In this document: positions 18,883 to 27,437 of the stretch, in pieces
Position numbering within the stretch: the stretch's first letter is position 1
How the letters are laid out: the number at the start of each line of letters is the position of its first letter
Assembly (NCBI GenBank): GCA_963782465.1
Contig: CAWAJR010000002.1
Coordinates: 383,691 to 447,690 of the forward strand
From: an uncultured Actinomycetes bacterium
Lineage (GTDB): Bacteria > Actinomycetota > Acidimicrobiia > IMCC26256 > PALSA-610
DNA length: 64,000 nucleotides
Reading direction: 5' to 3'
The notes under the pieces: generated by a model
What the model was told of the DNA's origin: nothing
Seen by the model: only the letters and a program-made list of their open reading frames with translations
Database searches by the model: none
Translations under genes and position numbers: made by a program

Positions 18883-20051
18883 TCCACTTCGGTGTGCACC
18901 GGCGCCCGGAGCACGACCGCGGTCGGCGGGTCATCGAGCTCGGGGCCGAAGACGTCGAAATGGGTGAGGGGGTGCCACGGTGCGAGCTCGAGGGAGCCGC
19001 GGGAGTGGTCGACGGCCCCGAACCATACGTAGTAGCGACCTCGGGGCAGCGGAAGATGGGTGATCTTCAACCGCACTTCGGTGCCGGTGGCCGACAACTG
19101 CACGTGGTTACGGAACACGAAGATCGGATCGGCGGTACCTTCGCTGATCCCGATGAAGACGCGCGCGTTCGTGTCGTATTGGGCGTCCAACTGGAACTGC
19201 AGTTCGAGCGGGTGCTGCGTCGTCGGCGTCGCCAGGTCGAAGGTCTCGAGGTTGAGGTTCGCAACGCGCACGAGACCACCGGAATCGTCGGCGACCTTGG
19301 CGGCCGCTTCGACCGAACCGCGGTAGGCCGACAAGATCTCCTTGACGGTGCCGTCGGCCATCGCGATGCCGTGGTGCAGCCACACCGCGCGCTGGCAGAT
19401 CGATCCGACGGAGGCAAGGTCGTGCGAGACGTAGACGACGGTGGTGCCCTGGTCGATGACGGCGCGCATGCGGTCGAGGCATCGCTGCTGGAACTGTGCA
19501 TCGCCGACCGCGAGCACTTCGTCGACGAGGAGGATCGCGGGTTCGAGGAACGCGGCCACCGAGAAGCCGAGCCGCATCTGCATACCGCTCGAATAGAACT
19601 TCACCTGCCGGTCGATCGCGAACTCGAGCTGCGCGAAGTCGACGATCGCGTCGAAGCGGGCCATCACCTCGGGCCGCTTCAAGCCGAGGAGGGTCCCGTA
19701 GAGGGCGATGTTCTCACGCCCGGTGAGGTCGGGTTGGATGCCGGCGCGCACCTCGATCAGCGCACCCATACGGCCGACCACGTCGAGCCGCTGCGCGGCG
19801 TACGGCTGCATCACGCCGCAGATGATCTTCAGGAGCGTCGACTTACCGGAGCCGTTGTCGCCGACGAGGCCGACCGACTCGCCCGGTTCGGCCCGCAACG
19901 TGATGTCGCGCAACGCCCACTGCCAGTTGAGGGCCGGACCGCCGAACCGTTCGCGCAGCCGGTCCAACTCGGCCCGCGCCATGCTGGTGCGCAGGTCGGG
20001 GCGGAAGCGCTTCCAGATGCGCTCGGCGTGGATCGTTCCTTCAGGCGCCAT
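18798..20051 (-). CDS. wzt: Polysaccharide ABC-transporter ATP-binding protein (Wzt-like) with a ~170-aa C-terminal extension
   Basis: Walker A GDNGSGKST, signature YSSGMQMRLGF and Walker B ILLVDE. These are followed by a non-NBD, beta-rich C-terminal domain (aa ~250-417). Confidence 0.9.
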   Translation of the reverse strand: MAPEGTIHAERIWKRFRPDLRTSMARAELDRLRERFGGPALNWQWALRDITLRAEPGESVGLVGDNGSGKSTLLKIICGVMQPYAAQRLDVVGRMGALIEVRAGIQPDLTGRENIALYGTLLGLKRPEVMARFDAIVDFAQLEFAIDRQVKFYSSGMQMRLGFSVAAFLEPAILLVDEVLAVGDAQFQQRCLDRMRAVIDQGTTVVYVSHDLASVGSICQRAVWLHHGIAMADGTVKEILSAYRGSVEAAAKVADDSGGLVRVANLNLETFDLATPTTQHPLELQFQLDAQYDTNARVFIGISEGTADPIFVFRNHVQLSATGTEVRLKITHLPLPRGRYYVWFGAVDHSRGSLELAPWHPLTHFDVFGPELDDPPTAVVLRAPVHTEVEWDIANESDVWQRGTAPSVGGTDRRVGP

Positions 20052-21024
20052 TGCGGCTCGTGATGCTACCGGCCAGGTCCAGCGCCAGACGCACGGTCTC
20101 GCGTGACGCGAGCACGGTGGGCTCGATGCGGGCGGCGGCGGCCATCAACCCGCCGATCCTTGAAGGCGAGGGCCCGGTCTCGGCGCGGCGGCGCACGACG
20201 TCGGCGAGGTTGCGGCGCGCCCAGCGTCGCGACGCGCGCCGCAATGCGGGCACGTCGTCGAGTTCTGCGGCGTAGTCGGCCAGGTAGCGACGCTTCACGG
20301 CCTGCACGGCCCGGATCACTTCGAAGTCGGGCCGGTACCCGCCCTGCTCGCCGAGCACCATCGCCCCGGCCTGCACCGTGTCGGACGCCGCGTGCCTGCG
20401 CACCGCGGTGAGCGGCGTGTCGATGTAGCCGACGTCGCCCCGCCGGGCGATGCGCATGAACGCACCCAGATCGGAGGGGCGCCCGTCGGCGGGGTCCCAT
20501 CGCTCACCGAGGATGCAGGTTCGGCGCATCACCGCGCTCGAGAAGTTGATGCGCGCGCCGGCACCGATACAGCGACGGATGAACAGGTCGCCGGGTTCGA
20601 TCACGTCGGCCCGGGTGTGGGTCCAGGTCGCGTACTCCTTCACCACCCGGTCGTCCCCGTCGACGTAGACGAAGGCGGCGTGGGCGACGGCGATGGTGGG
20701 CCACGCGTCGAGCAGCGCGACCTTCCGTTCCAGGTTCTCGGGAAGCATGAGGTCGTCGTCTTGCAACATGGTCACGTAGGGCGCGTCGCCGAGATAGAGC
20801 GAACGGGTGAAGTTGGCGCTCGGCCCGATGTTCTGCTCGAGACGGGCGCTGCGGAAGCGTGGGTCGTCGATACCGGCGACGAACTCCGGGGTCCCGTCGG
20901 TCGAACCGTTGTCGGCGATGAAACACTCGAAGTCGGTGAGCGTCTGATCGGCGACGCTCGCGACGGCGCGGCGTAACAGTTCGACGCGGTTGAACGTGGG
21001 GATCACCACGGTGACTGCGACCAT
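20041..21024 (-). CDS. Family-2 glycosyltransferase
   Basis: Contains VTVVIPTFNR..FIADNGSTDGT..MLQDDD. Confidence 0.85.
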   Translation of the reverse strand: MVAVTVVIPTFNRVELLRRAVASVADQTLTDFECFIADNGSTDGTPEFVAGIDDPRFRSARLEQNIGPSANFTRSLYLGDAPYVTMLQDDDLMLPENLERKVALLDAWPTIAVAHAAFVYVDGDDRVVKEYATWTHTRADVIEPGDLFIRRCIGAGARINFSSAVMRRTCILGERWDPADGRPSDLGAFMRIARRGDVGYIDTPLTAVRRHAASDTVQAGAMVLGEQGGYRPDFEVIRAVQAVKRRYLADYAAELDDVPALRRASRRWARRNLADVVRRRAETGPSPSRIGGLMAAAARIEPTVLASRETVRLALDLAGSITSRNGA

Positions 21025-21025
21025 G

Positions 21026-22399
21026 TCAGCGCGGGTCGCTCTCGTCGTCGGTTTCGGCGAGCAGTTCGTGCTCGATGAGCAGGTCGGCGGCGCCGCGTAC
21101 GACGTCGAACGGCAAGGACGCGCGACGAGCGATGTCGAGCAACGAATGCGACCCGTCGGAAAGGTTGAGCACCCACAGCATCGCCATCTCGGCCGAGTGC
21201 CGATCGACGGCGCCGCCGACGGCGCGGTACAGGCCGCGGCGCCCGAGTTGGGGTTCGCCTTTCGGGTTGCGGTTGCGATAGCGACGGTCGCCCTCGATGA
21301 CGCCGATCACCGCGAGCAAGGTGGTGAGCGCGTCGCCGAGTGACGCGGCCGTGATGAAGTCGAGGTTGTCGGCCGACGTGTGGTACTCGGGGTATTCCCC
21401 GTGCGGTGAGCGGCTCAAGCGACCGACGGGCAGATCGAAACCGGGCGAGCAGTACTGGCGCTCGTCGTACCCGTAGGGGATGAAGTCGAGCGTCGTGAAC
21501 GGTTGCCCGCTCGACGCGAGCACGTGCTCGACGGCGCGATCGACGAGCGTGCCGCCGCGGCGGCTGCGCTTGTAGCTGAACGCGCCCCGGTCGCCGACGC
21601 CCGACAGCACGAGCCCCGCCACGATCCGGCCCACCTCATCCTCGTGCCGGGCCAGCCAGGTGATCGAACCGATCGTGCCCGGGATGAACAGGAAACGGTA
21701 CGTGTGCCGCAGCGCCACACCCTGCAATGCCTGCGCCGCGAAGGTCGCGAGCGCGATCCCGGAGAGGTTGTCGTTCGCCATCGACGGATGGCAGATGTGG
21801 CAGCTCAGCAACACTTCGGTGTCGCGGTCGCCGTCGACCACCGACTCGCCGTAGGTGAGCGAACCCTCGGTGAGCGTCGCGTCGATATCGACTTCGTACT
21901 CGCCATCGGGCAGGGCCTCGAACTGCTCGTGGCTCATACAGATGCCCCACGACCGGTCGTAGTACGAGGTGCGGTAGGGCACGAGCTTCGGCCGGTCGGG
22001 CAGCGTGAAGACGTGCGCGGCGAACGCGTCCCTCGACATGCGCGCGTGCACCGGTTCGCTGTAGCTCACGACATGGAGGTTGTTGTCGGCGAAGTCGACG
22101 ATGCGGCGCCCACTCGGGTCGGTCACCCGGGCGGAGGTGATGTTCCACTCCGGCGGGACGGTCCAATCGAGCACGGGCGTACCGCTCGGAACCTCGGAAA
22201 TCGCGATCGGGACACGCGCGCCGATCCGCCGCAACGTTTCGCGCACGCCGGCCCCGGTGATACTCCGGCAGATCGGGAACAGCTCGCTCGCGAATGCGTA
22301 CATCGCGTCGCCGGCTGCCGCACTCTCGACCTTCGCGCGCACATCGCCGAGTGACGGCGCAGTCACCAGACCTTCCAGGGAGCCTCGCCCCGCTGCCAC
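21026..22399 (-). CDS. DUF4910 / aminopeptidase-like domain protein with C-terminal winged-helix
   Basis: 457 aa. ..LLSCHICHPSMANDNLSGIA.. and ..YHTSADN.. resemble an M28-like fold. The C-terminal ..MLWVLNLSDGSHSLLDIA.. looks like a wHTH. The family assignment is from memory of the motifs. Confidence 0.7.
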   Translation of the reverse strand: MAAGRGSLEGLVTAPSLGDVRAKVESAAAGDAMYAFASELFPICRSITGAGVRETLRRIGARVPIAISEVPSGTPVLDWTVPPEWNITSARVTDPSGRRIVDFADNNLHVVSYSEPVHARMSRDAFAAHVFTLPDRPKLVPYRTSYYDRSWGICMSHEQFEALPDGEYEVDIDATLTEGSLTYGESVVDGDRDTEVLLSCHICHPSMANDNLSGIALATFAAQALQGVALRHTYRFLFIPGTIGSITWLARHEDEVGRIVAGLVLSGVGDRGAFSYKRSRRGGTLVDRAVEHVLASSGQPFTTLDFIPYGYDERQYCSPGFDLPVGRLSRSPHGEYPEYHTSADNLDFITAASLGDALTTLLAVIGVIEGDRRYRNRNPKGEPQLGRRGLYRAVGGAVDRHSAEMAMLWVLNLSDGSHSLLDIARRASLPFDVVRGAADLLIEHELLAETDDESDPR

Positions 22400-23178
22400 A
22401 TCTCGTTCAGCAGCGTGTACTCGCGGTACGTGTCCATGCCGGTCCAGAAGCCTTCGTGCACGAACACACCGAGCTGGCCGTCGCGCGCGACCTTCTGCAT
22501 CGGGCCCTGCTCGAAGAGCAGCTCCGGTTCGTCGGTGAGGTATGAGAGGAACTCGCGTTCGAGCACGAAGAACCCGCCGCTGACGAGCCCTTCGGCCTTG
22601 GTCGGTTTCTCGTCGAACTCGAGTACGACCTCGCCCGACGCGCGCAACTCGCCGTAACGGGAGGTCGGGCGGACGCCGGTGACGGTGCCGATCCGACCGG
22701 ACGCGCGATGGAACGCGAGCAGTTCGTCGATCGCGACGTTCCCGATGCCGTCGCCGTAGGTGAACATGAACGTCTGCGCGTCGATGTACTGCTGCACCCG
22801 GTAGAGGCGACCGCCGGTGCCGGTGAGGAGGCCGGTCTCCGCGCAGGTGATCTCCCAGTCTTCGTCGCCGAGCTGGTTGTGGAACTGGAGTTCGTGCTCA
22901 CCGCGGAGCCTGATCGTGAAGTCGGAGCGGTGTTCGCGGTAACGGAGGAAGTACTCCTTGATCTCCCACCCCTTGTACCCCAGGCACAGGACGAAGCGGC
23001 GAAAGCCGTAGTGGTGGTACAGCTTCATGATGTGCCAGAGGATCGGCTTCTCACCGATGTCGACGAGCGGCTTCGGGATGCTCTCGGTGACTTCGCGCAG
23101 GCGCGTGCCCAACCCGCCGCACAAGATGACGACGGGGATCTCAGACGCCGGCTGCTGGCTTTCGGGAACTGGCAACAT
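22363..23178 (-). CDS. rfbF: Glucose-1-phosphate cytidylyltransferase
   Basis: Contains VVILCGGLGTRLRE..PKPLV.IG.KPILWHIMK.Y..YG...F.LCLGYKG and a C-terminal ..GFW..MDT.RE... GGAGG sits immediately upstream of ATG 23178. Confidence 0.9.
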   Translation of the reverse strand: MLPVPESQQPASEIPVVILCGGLGTRLREVTESIPKPLVDIGEKPILWHIMKLYHHYGFRRFVLCLGYKGWEIKEYFLRYREHRSDFTIRLRGEHELQFHNQLGDEDWEITCAETGLLTGTGGRLYRVQQYIDAQTFMFTYGDGIGNVAIDELLAFHRASGRIGTVTGVRPTSRYGELRASGEVVLEFDEKPTKAEGLVSGGFFVLEREFLSYLTDEPELLFEQGPMQKVARDGQLGVFVHEGFWTGMDTYREYTLLNEMWQRGEAPWKVW

Positions 23179-23258
23179 GTCCTCCACCCGGAAGCGTAGT
23201 AACCGACACCCACCTCGTCGGGCTGGCCGCACGCGAGCGGTCACTAGCATCAGATCCA

Positions 23259-24311
23259 ATGGGCGCCGAGGCACCGCTGCGGGTCGCTGCGTTCCCCGCG
23301 GGCCGGCCCGGGCTCAGCAATCCGTACGCGGCGCTGTTCGCGGCGGCGTTGCGTGAGCAGGGCGCCATCGTCGACAACCTCGAAGTGCGCGCCCTGTTTC
23401 GCTCGCGGTACGACATCATCCACGTCCACTGGCCCGAGTGGATCCTCGACGGGCGGTCGCGACGCCACAAAGCGACGTTCCTCACTGCGCTCGCCTGGTC
23501 TCGACGCCGGGGCGCCCGGGTCGTGTGGACCGTGCACAACATCGGGCACCACGAACGCGCGTCCCGGCCGGCACAGTGGGCCTGGCGCCCCTTCCTCTCC
23601 ATGGTCGACGGCTTCATCAGCCTCACTGCACGCGGCGTCGGTGTCGCCCGTGACGCGTTCCCCGCGTTGCGCGACACCCCGGCGTTCGTCGTCCCCCACG
23701 GCCACTACCGCGATGCGTACCCGCACAGTGTCGGTGCCGAGGCAGCGCGTGCTCGCCTGGGCATACCGATTGGCGGGCGCGTCTACCTGTTCTTCGGGCA
23801 GCTTCGCCCGTACAAGGGCATCACCGACCTGGTTCGAGCCTTCCGAGCGCTCGATGATCCGTCAGCCGTGCTCGTCGTCGCGGGTCGCCCCATCTCCGAC
23901 GACTTGCGCCGCGAGCTCGAGCGCGCCGCAGCCCCCGAACCTCGAGTCCATCTGCACTTCGGTCTCGTGCCGGTCGACGAGGTACAGAACTACTTCGCGG
24001 CCGCCGATGTCGTGGTCCTGCCCTATTCGGAGACGTTCAACTCGGGGGCAGCCATGCTCGCGCTCTCGTTCGACCGACCGATCATCGCTCCGGCAGCCGG
24101 CGCGTTCCCGGAACTGGAGGAGCGACTCGGGCGCGACTGGGTCGCGACCTATTCCGGACCGTTGTCGCCGGACATCTTGGCTGGTGTACCCGTGCCGGCC
24201 TCGGCACAGGCACCCCTCGACGACTACGGATGGGACACCGTCGGCAAGCGCGTGATGTTTGCTTACCGGTCGATCATGGGTCGCGCCCAGAAGTGCTCGC
24301 CGGCCTCTTGA
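23259..24311 (+). CDS. GT-B (family 4-like) glycosyltransferase
   Basis: 350-aa ORF. The C-terminal half carries ..LPYSETFNSGAAMLALSFDRPIIAP.. (E-x7-like motif). Confidence 0.7.
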   Translation: MGAEAPLRVAAFPAGRPGLSNPYAALFAAALREQGAIVDNLEVRALFRSRYDIIHVHWPEWILDGRSRRHKATFLTALAWSRRRGARVVWTVHNIGHHERASRPAQWAWRPFLSMVDGFISLTARGVGVARDAFPALRDTPAFVVPHGHYRDAYPHSVGAEAARARLGIPIGGRVYLFFGQLRPYKGITDLVRAFRALDDPSAVLVVAGRPISDDLRRELERAAAPEPRVHLHFGLVPVDEVQNYFAAADVVVLPYSETFNSGAAMLALSFDRPIIAPAAGAFPELEERLGRDWVATYSGPLSPDILAGVPVPASAQAPLDDYGWDTVGKRVMFAYRSIMGRAQKCSPAS

Positions 24312-24363
24312 GCCGCTCGAGGCCGCGACGGTTTCGAACGAGAGCCGTACGCGAAACTTGTTC

Positions 24364-25593
24364 ATGCTCCGCCTGGCGACGATGTTCGTCGCGCTCGCAA
24401 TCATCAGCGCGAGCGCGCTCGCCTCCAACGCGCTCGCGGTGGCACCGAGCAGGATCGCGGGCGAAGCCAGCATCACTCGATACGTCAACATGCCGGGCGA
24501 TCAGGTCGTCACCGTTCCCGACGGGACCTACACCGGCGGAACGGTGAGCGCTCCGCACCCGGCGACGCACGGCAAGAACCGGGGATGGTTGGTACTCCGA
24601 GCGCGGACAAAGGACGGCGTCGTCGTCGACCTCGCCGGGAACCAGCTGACGCTCGACGCCCAGACCAGCCGGGTGCTGTTCGTCGGTTTTCGCTTCGTGA
24701 ACGGCTCGATACGCGTCTACGGTCACGACATCGCGTTCTGGTACACCGATCACACGTTTTCGGCGCAGGTGTGGGCCAGGCAAGCGGCTGATCCGTCGCA
24801 CCCCGAGCGCGGTTACTACCGCGCACCCCGCACGATCTACGTCGACCAGTCGTCCTCGGTACGGGATTCCTTCTACGGGACTGACGCGCACGACACGGGC
24901 ACGGCATTCTTGATCAGCCGCAGCAGCCAACTCTCGCTGACGGGAGTGCACACATGGAACCTCACCGACGCGGGCCTCGATCCGAACGACGTGGTGCACT
25001 CGGACGCTATCGGCGACGCGACGGGCACCACACACCACTTCTCCATCCGCAGTTCATGGATCGAGGGAAGGATTCTGGTCGAGGATTCCGCCGGCCAAGG
25101 CGGCTCGAAGGGCGGCCCGAATCGCGACATGTTGTTCGAGGACTTGTGGTCTTCGGGTTCTCCGAGCGTTGGTTTCATCTTCACGTCGGGAAAGGCCACG
25201 GAACCTCGCGGCATCTTCGGCCGGCGGGTGCGGGTCCGTTCTTGGGGCCACCACGCGCAGCAGGACCGCATCGACACGATCGACGGCGTGCGCGTCGACC
25301 CCAACGCCGACCCGCGCCGCATTGACATCGTCGACGAGCAGGTCGTGACGACTCCGCCGCCACCGAACGCGAAGAGCCCGGCCGCAACGTGGCGCGCCGA
25401 TCATCCGTACGAGAGCTGGCCGTCGTACTTCGGCTTCGCGAGCTCGTCGCAGGGCACGGGCGCGCTGGGCATCGCACTACTCGCCGCGGGCGTCGTGGCC
25501 TTGCTGGCCACGTCGTTCTTCACCGTTTTCCATCGACGACGTCGTGTTCGCCGAAGTGCGCGCAAGACGACGAACCAGGCAGGCACGGCGTGA
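24364..25593 (+). CDS. Exported, C-terminally membrane-anchored protein of unknown function (paralogue of the C-terminal domain of 27438..29408)
   Basis: Signal peptide MLRLATMFVALAIISASALASNALA. A ~330-aa domain can be aligned by eye with the other copy. The C-terminal TM span ALGIALLAAGVVALLATSFFTVF is followed by an RRRR stop-transfer. Confidence 0.7.
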   Translation: MLRLATMFVALAIISASALASNALAVAPSRIAGEASITRYVNMPGDQVVTVPDGTYTGGTVSAPHPATHGKNRGWLVLRARTKDGVVVDLAGNQLTLDAQTSRVLFVGFRFVNGSIRVYGHDIAFWYTDHTFSAQVWARQAADPSHPERGYYRAPRTIYVDQSSSVRDSFYGTDAHDTGTAFLISRSSQLSLTGVHTWNLTDAGLDPNDVVHSDAIGDATGTTHHFSIRSSWIEGRILVEDSAGQGGSKGGPNRDMLFEDLWSSGSPSVGFIFTSGKATEPRGIFGRRVRVRSWGHHAQQDRIDTIDGVRVDPNADPRRIDIVDEQVVTTPPPPNAKSPAATWRADHPYESWPSYFGFASSSQGTGALGIALLAAGVVALLATSFFTVFHRRRRVRRSARKTTNQAGTA

Positions 25594-27410
25594 TGCACGG
25601 TTTGGCAATGTCGTTCGCGTCCGAAGAGGACGGCCGGCGAGCAGCCTTTGTGCAACGGGCGGTTCGTGTTCTCCAAGTCGTGGCCCAGTCGCCGGCGACC
25701 GTCGTGCGGCAGGCCGGCGGGGCGGTAGTACTCGCGGGGACGTCGGCACACACGTCGGATCTTCCGGGGACCTTCGCGGCTCCGCTCACGGCGACGCTCG
25801 TCAGCGTCGACGGGCAGGTCGTCGAACCGCACAAGCTGCCGCGACTCGCGGACCACGGTCGAGTGGCGTTCGACCGCATCGCGCCTCCCGGCGCAATGCT
25901 CTGCTGGTCGGAACAAACCGCCGAAGTCGTCGCGTACACCGACTCGGTCGGGCTCAAGCAACTCTTCTACGCCGAGGGCACGGGGATGGCACTGTGCGCC
26001 ACCTCGAGCGTCGCGATCGGTGCGGTGCTCGGCCTCGAACTCGACGACGAGGCCATCGCCGCCTTTGCCTTGCTCGGCTACTACGCGGGTACGAGGACAG
26101 CGTTTCGTGGGGTGAAGAAGCTGCCTCCGGCCGGTGCGTGCACGTTGCGCAGCGGACGGGCGGCCATCCACACCTATGCGCAACCAGTGTTCGAGGTGGC
26201 GCGCAGCCGCTCGGGTGATGCGCCGTCGGGCGTGGACGCGGTGCGTACTGCGCTCGGCGCGTGCATTCGCGCCTTTCCCGACGCGACGCTCGAGCTGAGC
26301 GGCGGCATGGACAGCCGGATGATCGTCGCAACGCTCACGCAGCAAGAGCGTCTGCATCGGTCGGCGTTCACACTCGCGTCGAACGACACCGACAACGTGG
26401 CGATCGCTCGCCAGATCGTGGCGCTCGCCGGTTTCGATCACCAAGTTGTCGAGCCGGGCCATGTCGCTGAGCTCGCAGGCTCGAAGCTGGCTGCATTGTG
26501 CCATGACGCATCGCTCGCACGCGACCACGCGACGAATGCGATCGACAGCGCGACCCTCGACTGGGTCGAGCGCGGTTTGCACCAGGGCGGGCGCATCACC
26601 GGGCAGAACGGTGAGTTCGCACGGGGCGTCTACTACCGAGGCATTCCCACCTCGCTCGTCGACCGCCGCGCCGCCTCGGGAGTCGCGGCGCGCGGTCTCG
26701 CCCGCTACGTCACCGACTGGCGCCTCCTCGTCAACCGATCGCTCGACGACCGCCTCTTCCCGCCCGGTTTGCTCGATGCAGGGCGCGACCTCGTTCGGCA
26801 CGAGGTTGCAGCGACACTCGAGCTTCACGCACCCGAGTACACACGCGGGCTCGACGAGTTGTACCTCACGTTGCGCATGAGCCGCTGGGTCGGCCCTGAG
26901 TACAGCGCTTCGGCCACTCGGCGTCCGGTCCTCGCGCCCTTCTTTCATCCGAGCTACCTCGAATGGGCGCGCTCGATGCCGGCGAGCGCGAAGCGGAACG
27001 GACGCGTGTTCGCGCTGGTTCTGACGCGGCTGGACCCCGTGCTTGCCGCGCTGCCCCTCGACCGTCGGACGTACACGATCGCTGATCTCGCGAACGGCAA
27101 CCTGAACGCCCGCCTCGGCAATGCGGCGCGGCTCGCCCGACGCCTCCAAGCGAAAGTCGCGCAACGCGCCCGCGGCGCGGAGATGGCCTATTCCACGACC
27201 CGCACCGTCGCCGGTTCCATCGTCGAACACTGGCGCACCGACCCGAGGGCGCTCGACCCCCTCCTCGGCGTCGGCTTCCTCAGGCCCGAGGGCATTTCCG
27301 ATCTCACGGTGGGTACCGCAACCGAGAGTTCCGCCACGATCGGCTTCCTGATCAGCCTGGCGGGAACGCTCGACATCGTCTCGGCCGCACGGTCGGTCGC
27401 GATTCCCTGA
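25593..27410 (+). CDS. Asparagine synthetase (AsnB)-like adenylating enzyme lacking the N-terminal Cys nucleophile
   Basis: PP-loop-type motif LELSGGMDSR. The ATG overlaps the upstream TGA by 1 nt. The N-terminus is MHGLAMS.., not MCG... Confidence 0.8.
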   Translation: MHGLAMSFASEEDGRRAAFVQRAVRVLQVVAQSPATVVRQAGGAVVLAGTSAHTSDLPGTFAAPLTATLVSVDGQVVEPHKLPRLADHGRVAFDRIAPPGAMLCWSEQTAEVVAYTDSVGLKQLFYAEGTGMALCATSSVAIGAVLGLELDDEAIAAFALLGYYAGTRTAFRGVKKLPPAGACTLRSGRAAIHTYAQPVFEVARSRSGDAPSGVDAVRTALGACIRAFPDATLELSGGMDSRMIVATLTQQERLHRSAFTLASNDTDNVAIARQIVALAGFDHQVVEPGHVAELAGSKLAALCHDASLARDHATNAIDSATLDWVERGLHQGGRITGQNGEFARGVYYRGIPTSLVDRRAASGVAARGLARYVTDWRLLVNRSLDDRLFPPGLLDAGRDLVRHEVAATLELHAPEYTRGLDELYLTLRMSRWVGPEYSASATRRPVLAPFFHPSYLEWARSMPASAKRNGRVFALVLTRLDPVLAALPLDRRTYTIADLANGNLNARLGNAARLARRLQAKVAQRARGAEMAYSTTRTVAGSIVEHWRTDPRALDPLLGVGFLRPEGISDLTVGTATESSATIGFLISLAGTLDIVSAARSVAIP

Positions 27411-27437
27411 TCACGTCGGTCCACCGTCCGGCCGGCG

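Noticed and set aside
25593-27410. Lasso-peptide cyclase reading of the AsnB-like genes (AsnB homologue plus ABC transporters in the window)
   Set aside because: There is no adjacent transglutaminase-like B protein, PqqD-like RRE or short precursor ORF. Both AsnB-like genes are translationally coupled to glycan genes. The ABC exporters at 55-59 kb are far away and unrelated.
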